A stretch of DNA of 64,000 nucleotides from an uncultured Chlamydiae bacterium (GTDB taxonomy: Bacteria; Chlamydiota; Chlamydiia; Chlamydiales; JAJFMA01): NCBI GenBank assembly GCA_963713615.1, contig CAVQMM010000001.1, positions 512,001 to 576,000 on the forward strand. Direction: 5' to 3'. Of this stretch, positions 41,949 through 50,943 are shown one piece after another. Each line of letters starts with the position of its first letter. The stretch's first letter is position 1. The notes below the pieces were generated by a model. It was not told the origin of the DNA. It worked only from the letters and a program-made list of their open reading frames with translations, and did no database searches. The position numbers were made by a program, and so were the translations under genes.

Positions 41949-42797
41949 GAGGTAATTGCAGAAGTCCGATTCTCCGAAGTCAATTTCCTGAAAATCGGAT
42001 GCCGGTGAAGAGAGAGTCATTCACTTCCCAGGCCCGAAGGGTCGATATTGCAACAGGCCATGGCATCGCCATGGTATATGCCAAAACGGTTTTAGCAGCC
42101 TGTAGGGCTGCCATAAAGCGCATGCATAAATGGTGTTTGTAAACTGGCGTCTTGTAGCAGTCCTTCAGACTGCGAAATCCCTTCCTGGCATATACCATGG
42201 CGATGCCACATAGGCCTCAACCTAAGCCTAACAATCGTATCTCGGCGCGCAGCGCTTTGGAGTGCGGTCGCTTGCGACCGCTTTGGGTTCCTTGCGACGG
42301 TCGTGTGCAACGGCATTACTATAATTCCCTAAGGGTAAAATAGTTAGTACATGCAGCCTTCGACGAATCCATACAATGCCGTTTAGCATTGCCGTCCCAA
42401 GGAACGAAAAGCGGTCGCAAGCGACCGCACTCCAAAGCGCTGCGCGCCGAGATACGATTGTGAAGTCCTAAGTCATTGAGATATAAGCTCAAAAGACCTG
42501 TTAGGTTGAGGCCTATGTGGCATCGCCATGGTATATGCCAAAACGGTTTTAGCAGCCTGTAGGGCTGCCATAAAGCGCATGCATAAATGGTGTTTGTAAA
42601 CTGGCGTCTTGTAGCAGTCCTTCAGACTGCGAAATCCCTTCCTGGCATATACCATGGCGATGCCATGGCCTGTTGCAATATCGACCCTTCGGGCCTGGGA
42701 AGGGAGAAAAGCCTGTCTTTCCAGACTGGATAGTGCCATACCACTTAAGCTCTCGAGAATCGATTCTCAAGGGCTCAAATAATTTTGCAATTACCTC
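41949..42797. mobile_element. 850-bp concentric palindromic composite
   Basis: Layers: gaggtaattgca / tgcaattacctc; 37-bp inverted arms; two 148-bp units (42061-42208, 42518-42665); cataggcctcaacctaa / ttaggttgaggcctatg; central 231-bp element. Confidence 0.88.
42231..42461. repeat. Family B REP-doublet-like element
   Basis: Perfect 54-bp arms containing ggagtgcggtcgcttgcgaccgcttt; relatives at 5832, 15276, 21145, 56562. Confidence 0.92.
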
Positions 42798-42840
42798 CAT
42801 TTGTCCTTTAGATATTGGCTAGTTTGACAGCGCGAGTTTG

Positions 42841-43000
42841 GGCCTTATTCACCTTTGCGGTCAGTTTTCGGTCGACTGCAAAAGGATCGTCTGTCGCGTT
42901 TTGCTCCTCGGACATAGCTGGCGCTATGCCCTCGTCACAAACCACGACATCCGACCTTTTTCGTCCGACCGAAATTCTGACCGTAAAGGTGAACAAGGCC
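42841..43000. mobile_element. 160-bp MITE copy 3 (8-bp TSD cgagtttg)
   Basis: Matches copy 1; cgagtttg at 42833-42840 and 43001-43008. Confidence 0.95.
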
Positions 43001-43191
43001 CGAGTTTGCTGCCATTTATTGCGGAGGACTGCACCAGGAGTGCACCATGATACAAAAATGGCAGCAGCGGCTCTTACCGCAACTGCCTATAAACCAAAGT
43101 CTCCAGTTACTGGGTACACTTCGAACTTTTGATTGGCTCGGTCTCTCTCAAGAATTTTCAACCCTCTCAAAATTAATAGCTTAAATTTCAC

Positions 43192-43221
43192 TTGAAAATA
43201 ATGTATCCCAAAAGATACAAT
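43192..43221 (+). promoter_or_regulatory. TA operon promoter with operator palindrome
   Basis: ttgaaa-18-tacaat overlapping tgtatc-N6-gataca. Confidence 0.7.
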
Positions 43222-43229
43222 AAGGTTAT

Positions 43230-43574
43230 ATGGAAGAAATCGAAATTGAACTCTACGAAACCGCTACCGGCAAGCGACCCTTTGAGATCTGGATTAAGGA
43301 GATCAAAGAGATCCATACCCGGGCCAAAATCCTGACCAGGCTTGATCGCTTAAAGCTTGGGAATTTTGGCGATTGCAAAACCTTACAAGAAGGAGTTTGC
43401 GAGCTTAGGATTCATTACGGTCCCGGGATTAGAATTTATTACGGGAAGATTGGGAATAAAGTCATCTTGCTTCTTTGCGGTGGCGATAAAGGCTCTCAAG
43501 ATAGGGACATCGTTAAAGCAAAGGAGTATTTGAAGGATTATCAATCAAGGGAGATAGGTCATGGCAAGAAGTAA
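43230..43574 (+). CDS. RelE/ParE-family addiction module killer toxin (HI1419-like)
   Basis: RLKLGNFGDCK..GVCELRIHYGPGIRIYY..LLLCGGDKGSQ. Confidence 0.93.
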   Translation: MEEIEIELYETATGKRPFEIWIKEIKEIHTRAKILTRLDRLKLGNFGDCKTLQEGVCELRIHYGPGIRIYYGKIGNKVILLLCGGDKGSQDRDIVKAKEYLKDYQSREIGHGKK

Positions 43575-43862
43575 AAAATATCAAGAGTTTCTACTCGAGC
43601 ATTTAGCGGATCACGATGAAGCCGTCGCGTATCTAAACGCTGCTTTAGAAGAAAGCCTAAAAGGGGATGAAGAATCACAACACCTTTTCTTGATTGCTCT
43701 TCGAAATGTCGCAGAAGCACAAGGCGGTGTTGGTGTATTGGCTAAAAAAGCTCATGTCGGTCGTGAAAGCCTCTACAAAACGCTTTCAGGGACTGGCAAT
43801 CCTAAATGGCATACCTTGTTTCTTTATGTGTTGCCATGGGGCTAAACCTTAGATTAAGTTAA
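43561..43862 (+). CDS. Addiction module antidote HTH (HI1420-like), frameshift near C-terminus
   Basis: AYLNAALE, LAKKAHVGRESLYKTLS.GNPK; the expected tail SLCVAMGLNLRLS* lies in another frame (as-read stop at 43845). Confidence 0.88.
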
Positions 43863-43900
43863 AATAATTTTTTGAAATTCGATTCTTTTCCAATCATAAT

Positions 43901-45118
43901 ATGGACATAGGCATACAAATGGAACACAACGAGGCTACTCACGAGAAAATGTATGAGTTGCTGATGCATGCCGCATCACAATTACGCAAAAAGTTAGCCA
44001 TTGACGACTTATCATATAGAGTGCAACTTTCTCCCGCGACAGATTCCAAAAAATATTTTTTGCATAATGTTCTCAACGAATTCGACAAAGCCGTATTTGG
44101 TCTAATGTTTGCATGTGGTTTTTTGGCGGACAATCGCAATGCCGCACAACCACAAGAAATAGATAAACCAATGAGCAGCAAGATTTTTCAGACAAAAATA
44201 GATGAACTAGCTCTATGGAGGCGTAAACTTGTCGAAGTCCTAGCTGATTTAATTGGATTTAAGAAAGCGAATGTGGCTACATACTACCACCACTATAACC
44301 TATTACATGAACTCAATAAAAAAAAGAAGGACGCGAAGGATCGAAGAACCTTCTGGGGTTGCACTAATAAGGCCGCAGCAAGAGAAATTAAGGCAATAGA
44401 AGATAATGCCCAGCAAATCTCCATAAACCTAGATCCTCAAAAATGCTGGTACGCTGAAAAAAACAAAGCGGGTCAAATCCAACAAAAACTAAACAACGAA
44501 AGCTCCCGCTTTGAAAGTATCCTGTCGATAGCAAGCAAACATCATAAAGCTCTACTTCTTAGCTATAGGAATGCATTTGGTAAACCAAGCGAACTATTGC
44601 ATCCAGAAAGAATAACAGAAGCCAAAGATACTACGATACAAGACTTCGAACAGGCTATCCGAGGGCTCATCCTCCTTGGATTACACGTCCTTTCGGCCAT
44701 CAAAGATTTGTTAAGAATTCATAATGTTAAAGGAAGCCTGAAACAAGTCGCCAATGCGATCAAAAAAAAACCATTTCCAATCAGCTTATTCACTTTCAGA
44801 ACTAATCCCTCACTTTTCGTAAGAGACTTTGTCATATCACCGATGGGACTAGCTCAAATAATAAAGAAATCTAAATCTCGCTTTGGATACAGAACGTTTC
44901 ATGTGAAATTTCTCATCGCTCAGAAGGGCGTCTCTTCAACAGAAGAGTTCCTGGCCGAAGAGATTAGGCTTCTCGCTCCTTATAAAACCTTAAAGCAAAA
45001 AATATTAAAAATACTTTTGGAGGCTAATCCTTCTATCAAGATAGACAATAGAAAACTCAATAAGGCTATGAAAAACCAAGTTCTTGAATCCTGGCCTCTC
45101 GTGGAAGGAAAGATCTAA
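43901..45118 (+). CDS. Hypothetical protein, possibly HEPN-like
   Basis: Intact AT-rich 405-aa ORF directly behind TA pair; YRNAFGKPSELLHP motif. Confidence 0.75.
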   Translation: MDIGIQMEHNEATHEKMYELLMHAASQLRKKLAIDDLSYRVQLSPATDSKKYFLHNVLNEFDKAVFGLMFACGFLADNRNAAQPQEIDKPMSSKIFQTKIDELALWRRKLVEVLADLIGFKKANVATYYHHYNLLHELNKKKKDAKDRRTFWGCTNKAAAREIKAIEDNAQQISINLDPQKCWYAEKNKAGQIQQKLNNESSRFESILSIASKHHKALLLSYRNAFGKPSELLHPERITEAKDTTIQDFEQAIRGLILLGLHVLSAIKDLLRIHNVKGSLKQVANAIKKKPFPISLFTFRTNPSLFVRDFVISPMGLAQIIKKSKSRFGYRTFHVKFLIAQKGVSSTEEFLAEEIRLLAPYKTLKQKILKILLEANPSIKIDNRKLNKAMKNQVLESWPLVEGKI

Positions 45119-45617
45119 TTTTTCACCTTACTCTTGCCTGTGAAAAGCGCAAATTAGGCTAATAGATAATTTTTTCCATGACTTTACACCAAGTTATTGA
45201 TTGTGGGAAATCAATCTTTTTCTTTTGGATTTGTTCATTCAAAAAAGTCTTGATGTCGATATAATTATCAAAAAAATCAGCTTGTTGAAGTTGTTTTTGA
45301 TAAGGGAAAAATTGTTCCGCTAAATTGATATATCCAAACAGCAAGAAAAGTATGTTATTTATTACAACTTCGGCTAAAGTTTTATTAAAAGTGGGAAGAA
45401 TAGTCAGATCCTGTTTGATTGTAAGCGTCGTGCTGGATTGACGAAAAATTTGTCCTTCATTGAACACGATTCCTTCCGCGGTTGGGCTAGCTCCTTCGTC
45501 AATAGATGCGATGCACTTTCTGGACGAGCAGGAGGCCTTCAGAGGGAGCACTACGGTTGTGGTGCGGAGGAACTGTGGCGTGCAAACCAGGGAATTCTCG
45601 CAAGCTCTGGTTCAGTT

Positions 45618-46475
45618 CTACTCAATAGTTCTTCGAACATAATCGACTATAGCGTCAGGATCAGTTTCTGAAACGGGTTTTATGTTAAAGCCCTCTGAGA
45701 AGGAGTTTCTAATAAACCATTCTTCAAAGGCGAAGCCATCCTGAAAGAGCTTCTCCGCTGTGTTGACATCTATTTTTCTGCTCCTCAGAATGTCGTTAGC
45801 TATTTGTATCGTTTTGCCAAGCTTTTCTTTGGCATATTTGTTGTTCAAGTCGCCATATTTTATTGCATATTCCCTCCAAGGGTTATCGTCAACCGGACCA
45901 ATGGAACGGAGTAGGTAGTTGGCAAAAACAACGTAAGGGATCATGTCCGTTAAAATGGCAAAGTAAAATTCATCGATCGAAGTGGTTTTAGAGAGAAGGC
46001 CAATATGTTTATCACATTCAGGGCTGACGAGCGTATCTTTTGAAGAGAGTCCATATTTTTTCAACCTCTCAAAATGTTCTCCGTAGCCTAAAAACATCTC
46101 CGCAAATTCCCTCAGATTTAAACTATCTTGTTCTTCTTCATTTAATGCTCTCGTAGCCAATGCACGGCCTAGATTATAGATATATAAAGCGTCAGCTCTC
46201 ATGTATTTTCTATCCCATTCTTCTTTGCTCAAGGTTCCCTTGGCCATTCTTTGAACCATTTGAGATTCTATGATGGCGGTCATTTTCTCCGACGCGACCA
46301 TGTTTACTTTTAGCAAGGAGTCGCTTGCCCCAAGACTTTGAAGTATCTTCGGAGATTGCTCCATGGAAAAGGCCTTTGGATCGATGTATCTGTACCCCAT
46401 CACCTGTGTGGATGGTAATAGACAAACTGTAGAGGTAAGTGCGATTTTTGCGTTGGATATCAATCGATGTATCAT
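45618..46475 (-). CDS. Divergent TenA/THI-4 (heme-oxygenase-like fold) protein
   Basis: MVQRMAKGTLS..YMRADALYIYNLGRALA, NPWREY, FEEWF resemble TenA; lies downstream of TPP riboswitch. Confidence 0.75.
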   Translation of the reverse strand: MIHRLISNAKIALTSTVCLLPSTQVMGYRYIDPKAFSMEQSPKILQSLGASDSLLKVNMVASEKMTAIIESQMVQRMAKGTLSKEEWDRKYMRADALYIYNLGRALATRALNEEEQDSLNLREFAEMFLGYGEHFERLKKYGLSSKDTLVSPECDKHIGLLSKTTSIDEFYFAILTDMIPYVVFANYLLRSIGPVDDNPWREYAIKYGDLNNKYAKEKLGKTIQIANDILRSRKIDVNTAEKLFQDGFAFEEWFIRNSFSEGFNIKPVSETDPDAIVDYVRRTIE

Positions 46476-46658
46476 AGCGTCTTCAGAGCTCCTGTTTATT
46501 TAAAAAGAATTGTGTTGCGCATTGTACTTCAGAACATCACTGGCAGCAGGATTCACTCTTCCCTTGCCAGATCAATACACTTAGGGATTCGCCGTCGCTT
46601 CTTTTGGGTAATGGAGCGCAGAAAAGACAAAGCTACGCTATTGTGGATTGGACTCATG

Positions 46659-46750
46659 ATACCTTCCTACGCTGGCATTACCCAGATCAGGTCTAAGGGA
46701 CTCTCTCAGCTAAATCCTTGAAAAACAAGCGATTTAGCACCCCTGGCGTT
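46659..46750 (-). ncRNA. TPP riboswitch (THI element)
   Basis: Minus strand aggggtgc-[P3 gctaaatc..gatttagc]-tgagagagtcccttagacctgatctgggtaatgccagcgtaggaag has all canonical motifs. Confidence 0.95.
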
Positions 46751-47009
46751 AACGAAATATTTACAGCTGCGATAAGCAGCTGAAAAGTCAGTGTAGTTCT
46801 GTATACCAATTTTTTGCAATAACAAATTGATATGTTGTAGCGTATTTTAGCGGCTGTGAAAACTGATTAGCCTGGTCTTTCGGAAAAAACACCTCTAGGT
46901 CTTATTTGCAAAAAGGACTCTCAAAAGAAAATATTTCGCGTCGCTGGCTACCATCTGTTCTCTTCGCCAGAAGAGCGAGTTGAATTAGTCATAGGAATAA
47001 AAAAAATAA

Positions 47010-47465
47010 TTATGAGGTTAGTTTGTTTAGTGAATTGGCGAATTGCTTAATATCTTTGGGTCCAAACGCTGCTGGGCCACCAGTCATTGTGCCCGCATCG
47101 CGAAGATCTTTCATGAAATTGCGCATCGATAGAATCGAACAAATACTCTGTTCATTATAAATTTCGCCTCTTGGATTCAGAGCAATAGCCTTTTTTTTCA
47201 GAACTTCCGCAGCTAGGGGAATATCAGCAGTGATGACAATGTCGTGAATTTCGACTTGATCGATAATATGTTGATCGGCGGCATCAAATCCTTTGTTTAC
47301 CACCACCAACTGGATAAGACTGCTGGGAGGAAAAAACTGATACGTATTCGCCACTAATATAATGGGTATATTTAAGCGACGACTCGTTTTAAAAACGATT
47401 TCTTTAACTGCTTTAGGGCAAGCATCCGCATCAATCCATATTTTATTCGGTCTAAACTTTGGCAT
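47010..47465 (-). CDS. YaiI/YqxD family protein (DUF188), copy 2
   Basis: Differs from 35199-35654 by 4 residues. Confidence 0.93.
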   Translation of the reverse strand: MPKFRPNKIWIDADACPKAVKEIVFKTSRRLNIPIILVANTYQFFPPSSLIQLVVVNKGFDAADQHIIDQVEIHDIVITADIPLAAEVLKKKAIALNPRGEIYNEQSICSILSMRNFMKDLRDAGTMTGGPAAFGPKDIKQFANSLNKLTS

Positions 47466-47672
47466 TTTTCTAAACTCTCATTTATCTCTAGATTACTAGA
47501 ATGAAATGTAACTTACGGTTCACCCAGTTAAAGCTACGTCATGGAATATTAAATTGCCATAAATGATGGCCGCTAGAGGCATTGATAGTACCAGCACTTA
47601 TGGTACGTCGTCAAAAAAATTATGGCAGATCCTTTTCTCTGACAGCTCAGGCTAGGTCTACAAAGATTCCTG

Positions 47673-47702
47673 TTGCGGAATATTCGTCTACTAGAATATA
47701 CC
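47673..47702 (+). promoter_or_regulatory. Putative ArsR operator/promoter
   Basis: atattc-N8-gaatat palindrome (47680-47699) within ttgcgg-18-tatacc. Confidence 0.45.
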
Positions 47703-47740
47703 TCAATTCGAATATGCATTTTCACCCTAGGAAGGTTGCC

Positions 47741-48106
47741 GTGAAACTGATCCAAATTTATGAATGTCTCTGTGACGAAACCCGGTTGCGCATTTTGAAT
47801 TTATTGTCGATTAGGCCGCTTTGTGTTTCGCATCTACAAAAGATCCTACAACTACCCCAGGTAAAGATCTCCAAGCATCTTACATACATGAAGAAGCGGG
47901 GTATGGTGGAGGCTACTCGCCTTGATAACTGGATGCTCTATTCACTGACCAAGGAGGCTTGTCCAGAGCTTGAGAGCAATCTCAAATGTTTGCAGGACTG
48001 TAGCCGCGAATATCCAGTCTTTACCAAAGATTTAAAACGGCTTCAGCTTCTACACAAGGAGATTGATGAGGTTAAGAAGAAAAATTTATCAAAACAAGAC
48101 AAATGA
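47741..48106 (+). CDS. ArsR/SmtB family transcriptional regulator
   Basis: DETRLRILNLL, PLCVSHL, ISKHL, WMLYSL; GTG start after SD aggaagg. Confidence 0.9.
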   Translation: MKLIQIYECLCDETRLRILNLLSIRPLCVSHLQKILQLPQVKISKHLTYMKKRGMVEATRLDNWMLYSLTKEACPELESNLKCLQDCSREYPVFTKDLKRLQLLHKEIDEVKKKNLSKQDK

Positions 48107-48876
48107 GAATTGATATGCGGTGCATAAAAACGTTTCTCTATATTGCCCTGCTAAGTATGCGTTCCCTTTCCGCCTTCGCAGAAAGTGGGATGGAAGCTCT
48201 ACAACGGGCTGAAAGTGAAGGAAAGCCTCTCTATTTATTTTTCTATAAGGAAGGCAATGACACAGTCCAGCGTTTGCAAGCTATATTTAATCTCACCATA
48301 GGGAAGCTTGGTGATCGGGTCTTGGCAAAGAGCATTCAACTCTCGGATCTTTCTGAAGCAAAGGTCGTGGAGAGGTTTGGGTTGAAGCGCTCGCCGATGC
48401 CCTTGGCGTTGGTGATAGCGCCAAATGGAGTGGTGACGGGTGGTTTTCCCGGTTCATTTACTGAGGAGCAGTTGGTCGCTTCCTTTCAGCCTTTAACTGT
48501 TGCGAACTGCTTGAAGGCTTTACAGAATCGCAAGCTGGTCCTTCTCTGCTTGCATAATGACTTCACCAAAGAGAACGCAGAGGCAATGCAAGGAGTTCAT
48601 GAATTCACTGCCGACGCGCGCTTTGGCGCAGCCAGCGAAGTTATCGTGATGAATCCTAAGGGTGTAGATGAACAGTCATTTTTGACACAGCTTGGAGTCA
48701 ATATTCATTCCTCTAAAGCAACGACAGTGATGATTGCGCCCCCGGCGAACATCGTGGGTGAATATCAAGGAGGGGTTACGAAAGAGCGTCTGGTTACCGA
48801 TCTAACAAAGGCGACATCGAATTGCTGCTGTCCTGGAGGATGTTGCCCGGGCGGATGTTGCTCATCAAACCGTTAG
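48103..48876 (+). CDS. Exported thioredoxin-like protein with Cys-rich tail
   Basis: Signal peptide ending AFA; two Trx-like halves without CxxC; C-terminus CCCPGGCCPGGCC. Confidence 0.8.
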   Translation: MRIDMRCIKTFLYIALLSMRSLSAFAESGMEALQRAESEGKPLYLFFYKEGNDTVQRLQAIFNLTIGKLGDRVLAKSIQLSDLSEAKVVERFGLKRSPMPLALVIAPNGVVTGGFPGSFTEEQLVASFQPLTVANCLKALQNRKLVLLCLHNDFTKENAEAMQGVHEFTADARFGAASEVIVMNPKGVDEQSFLTQLGVNIHSSKATTVMIAPPANIVGEYQGGVTKERLVTDLTKATSNCCCPGGCCPGGCCSSNR

Positions 48877-48884
48877 GAGGGAAT

Positions 48885-50105
48885 ATGAATTGGAACACAC
48901 TCGTTTTTCGAGAGCTTTTTCAGCGTAAAAGTAAGCTCGTTACTAGTGGATTGGCCATTATTCTTGGCGTTGCCGTGATTGTGACCATCAATACAATCAC
49001 GATCTACTCTGAGAAGGCGGTGGCAAAGGAGCTAGACGCTTTAGGCGCGAATATTCTTATTCTGCCTCCAACAGCAAGTCTCGTGAATTACTATAGCGCG
49101 GATTTACAGGCTGGAGAGTTGCCCGAGGAGTATGTCACCTTGTTGGCAACATCCAATCTAGAGGGTTTAGACAACTTATCGCCTAAGCTGTCGGTGCCTG
49201 TGACGTTGGATGAGTACCAGGCGACTCTCACAGGCATCCTTCCGAAAAACGAGTTCGAAAGCAAAGCCTGCTGGCAGGGCGCCGGAATCTTTTCCAGGCC
49301 CAAGAGCTGTGGTAATGTTGAAGACATTTTTGGTTTGACTACGCGGTCGCCTAAAGAAACGCTAGTACGTAAACGTGTCATCCAGACCTTGGAGTCAAAC
49401 GAGGTTTTAGTAGGCTCTGAGATAGCCGAGAAGCTGAAGTTGCAAGAAGGCGGGACAATCCCCCTGCTAGGTCGTCATTTCATCGTGTCAGCCATTTTAC
49501 CACAGACAGGCACCGTCGATGATGGTCGCATTTTCGCTCACCTTCATACTGTACAAGACCTGACAGGCAAGGGAGCAGTAGTCAATGCGATTGAGGTTGT
49601 CGGATGTTGCGAGCAGATTTCAAAGGGACTTGTGACCAAGATCAATGGATTGCTGCCTGGCGCTAAGGTGGTAACCATCTCGCAGGTGGTCGACACCCAG
49701 GTCAAAACTAATCGGCTAATGAAAAACTTATCGACACTGTTTCTGTTGATCATTGTGGTTATTGGCGGAATCAGCATGGCGAGCGACATGTACAGCAATG
49801 TATATGAGCGTCGTAAAGAGATTGGAACGCTTGTTGCACTAGGAGCAGGGTCTAATGTTGTATTAAAGATTTTTTTGCTTAAAGCCGTTGGGTTGGGTGT
49901 TTTGGGTGGGATCGGAGGCTACATCCTTGGAACCTTCCTAGCTATTGTCCTAGGACCTCTGGTGGCAGGTGTCCCTGTACTACCTATCCCACTGCTCTTT
50001 ATGCTTGCCATTGGCCTTTCCACAGGAATAACTGTGGCAGCGAGTTATCTTCCGGCAAAATATGCGACACACCTTGATCCAAGTGTTGCTTTACAGGAGA
50101 CTTAG
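48885..50105 (+). CDS. MacB/FtsX-type ABC permease
   Basis: LGANILIL, ERRKEIGTLVALGA, YLPAKYA..LDP; SD aggagg. Confidence 0.93.
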   Translation: MNWNTLVFRELFQRKSKLVTSGLAIILGVAVIVTINTITIYSEKAVAKELDALGANILILPPTASLVNYYSADLQAGELPEEYVTLLATSNLEGLDNLSPKLSVPVTLDEYQATLTGILPKNEFESKACWQGAGIFSRPKSCGNVEDIFGLTTRSPKETLVRKRVIQTLESNEVLVGSEIAEKLKLQEGGTIPLLGRHFIVSAILPQTGTVDDGRIFAHLHTVQDLTGKGAVVNAIEVVGCCEQISKGLVTKINGLLPGAKVVTISQVVDTQVKTNRLMKNLSTLFLLIIVVIGGISMASDMYSNVYERRKEIGTLVALGAGSNVVLKIFLLKAVGLGVLGGIGGYILGTFLAIVLGPLVAGVPVLPIPLLFMLAIGLSTGITVAASYLPAKYATHLDPSVALQET

Positions 50106-50108
50106 AAA

Positions 50109-50774
50109 ATGATTAAGGCAGAAAAGATTCGTAAGGTTTATTCTCAGCGTGGCCATAAAATCAGTGCAGTTGATGACATCTCCTTGGAGATAGCTTCCGG
50201 AGACTTTGTGTCAATCATTGGGCCAAGTGGTAGCGGAAAGAGCTCACTGTTGCTTATCCTAGGAGGGATGCTGTCTCCTTCAGCTGGACAGGTTTGGATC
50301 GAAGGCGTTCCAATCTATGATCTGAATGCCAATGATCGTTCGGCGCTCCGGCAGAAGAAAATGGGCTTTGTCTTTCAAACGTTTAACCTGATCCCTTATC
50401 TGACTGCCTTGCAAAACGTTCAAGTGCCATTGCTACTAGCAGGGCGTCCCACAGATGAACAGGCAGTGCATGGCCTCAAGCTGCTTGAGAAAGTCGGCCT
50501 AGCCGAACGGGCCGACCATATCCCTTCAGAACTCAGTATTGGCCAGCAGCAGCGTGTTGCTTTGGCTCGCATGCTGGCTAACGAACCCGACATCATCTTG
50601 GCGGATGAACCTACTGGCAATCTTGACCCTGCAATGGGACAGCATGTCATTGACTTCTTGACCGAGCTCAACAGCCAAGGCAAGACAGTCGTCATTGTCA
50701 CGCATGACTTAAGGGTAGCTAAACAAACGAAGCGAACGATCACCATCGGTACAGGCGGAACACTTTGTCAGTAG
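50109..50774 (+). CDS. ABC transporter ATP-binding protein
   Basis: GPSGSGKS, LSIGQQQRV, DEPTGNLD, VTHD. Confidence 0.95.
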   Translation: MIKAEKIRKVYSQRGHKISAVDDISLEIASGDFVSIIGPSGSGKSSLLLILGGMLSPSAGQVWIEGVPIYDLNANDRSALRQKKMGFVFQTFNLIPYLTALQNVQVPLLLAGRPTDEQAVHGLKLLEKVGLAERADHIPSELSIGQQQRVALARMLANEPDIILADEPTGNLDPAMGQHVIDFLTELNSQGKTVVIVTHDLRVAKQTKRTITIGTGGTLCQ

Positions 50775-50808
50775 TGGAAGAGGGACTTTATGGCAACTAC
50801 GTTACACG

Positions 50809-50875
50809 CATGATACAAAAATGGCAGTAACGGCTCTCACCGCAACTGCCTATAAACCAAAGTCTCCGGATGTAG
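50809..50875 (-). terminator. Relic tRNA 3' end plus terminator (59 bp repeated at 43046-43104)
   Basis: ctccggatgtag (50864-50875) followed on minus strand by ggcagttgcgg..ccgttactgcc-attttt. Confidence 0.7.
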
Positions 50876-50943
50876 CATAATACCTCCGATAATTCACAGT
50901 GTAAAGCGATAACCTATGGCACTAGACAATATTTGACAACTTA

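Noticed and set aside
41949..43008. Possible CRISPR array or real ORFs in the repeat cluster
   Set aside because: No regular repeat-spacer period and no cas genes; the ORFs are translations of palindromic repeats that recur at each copy
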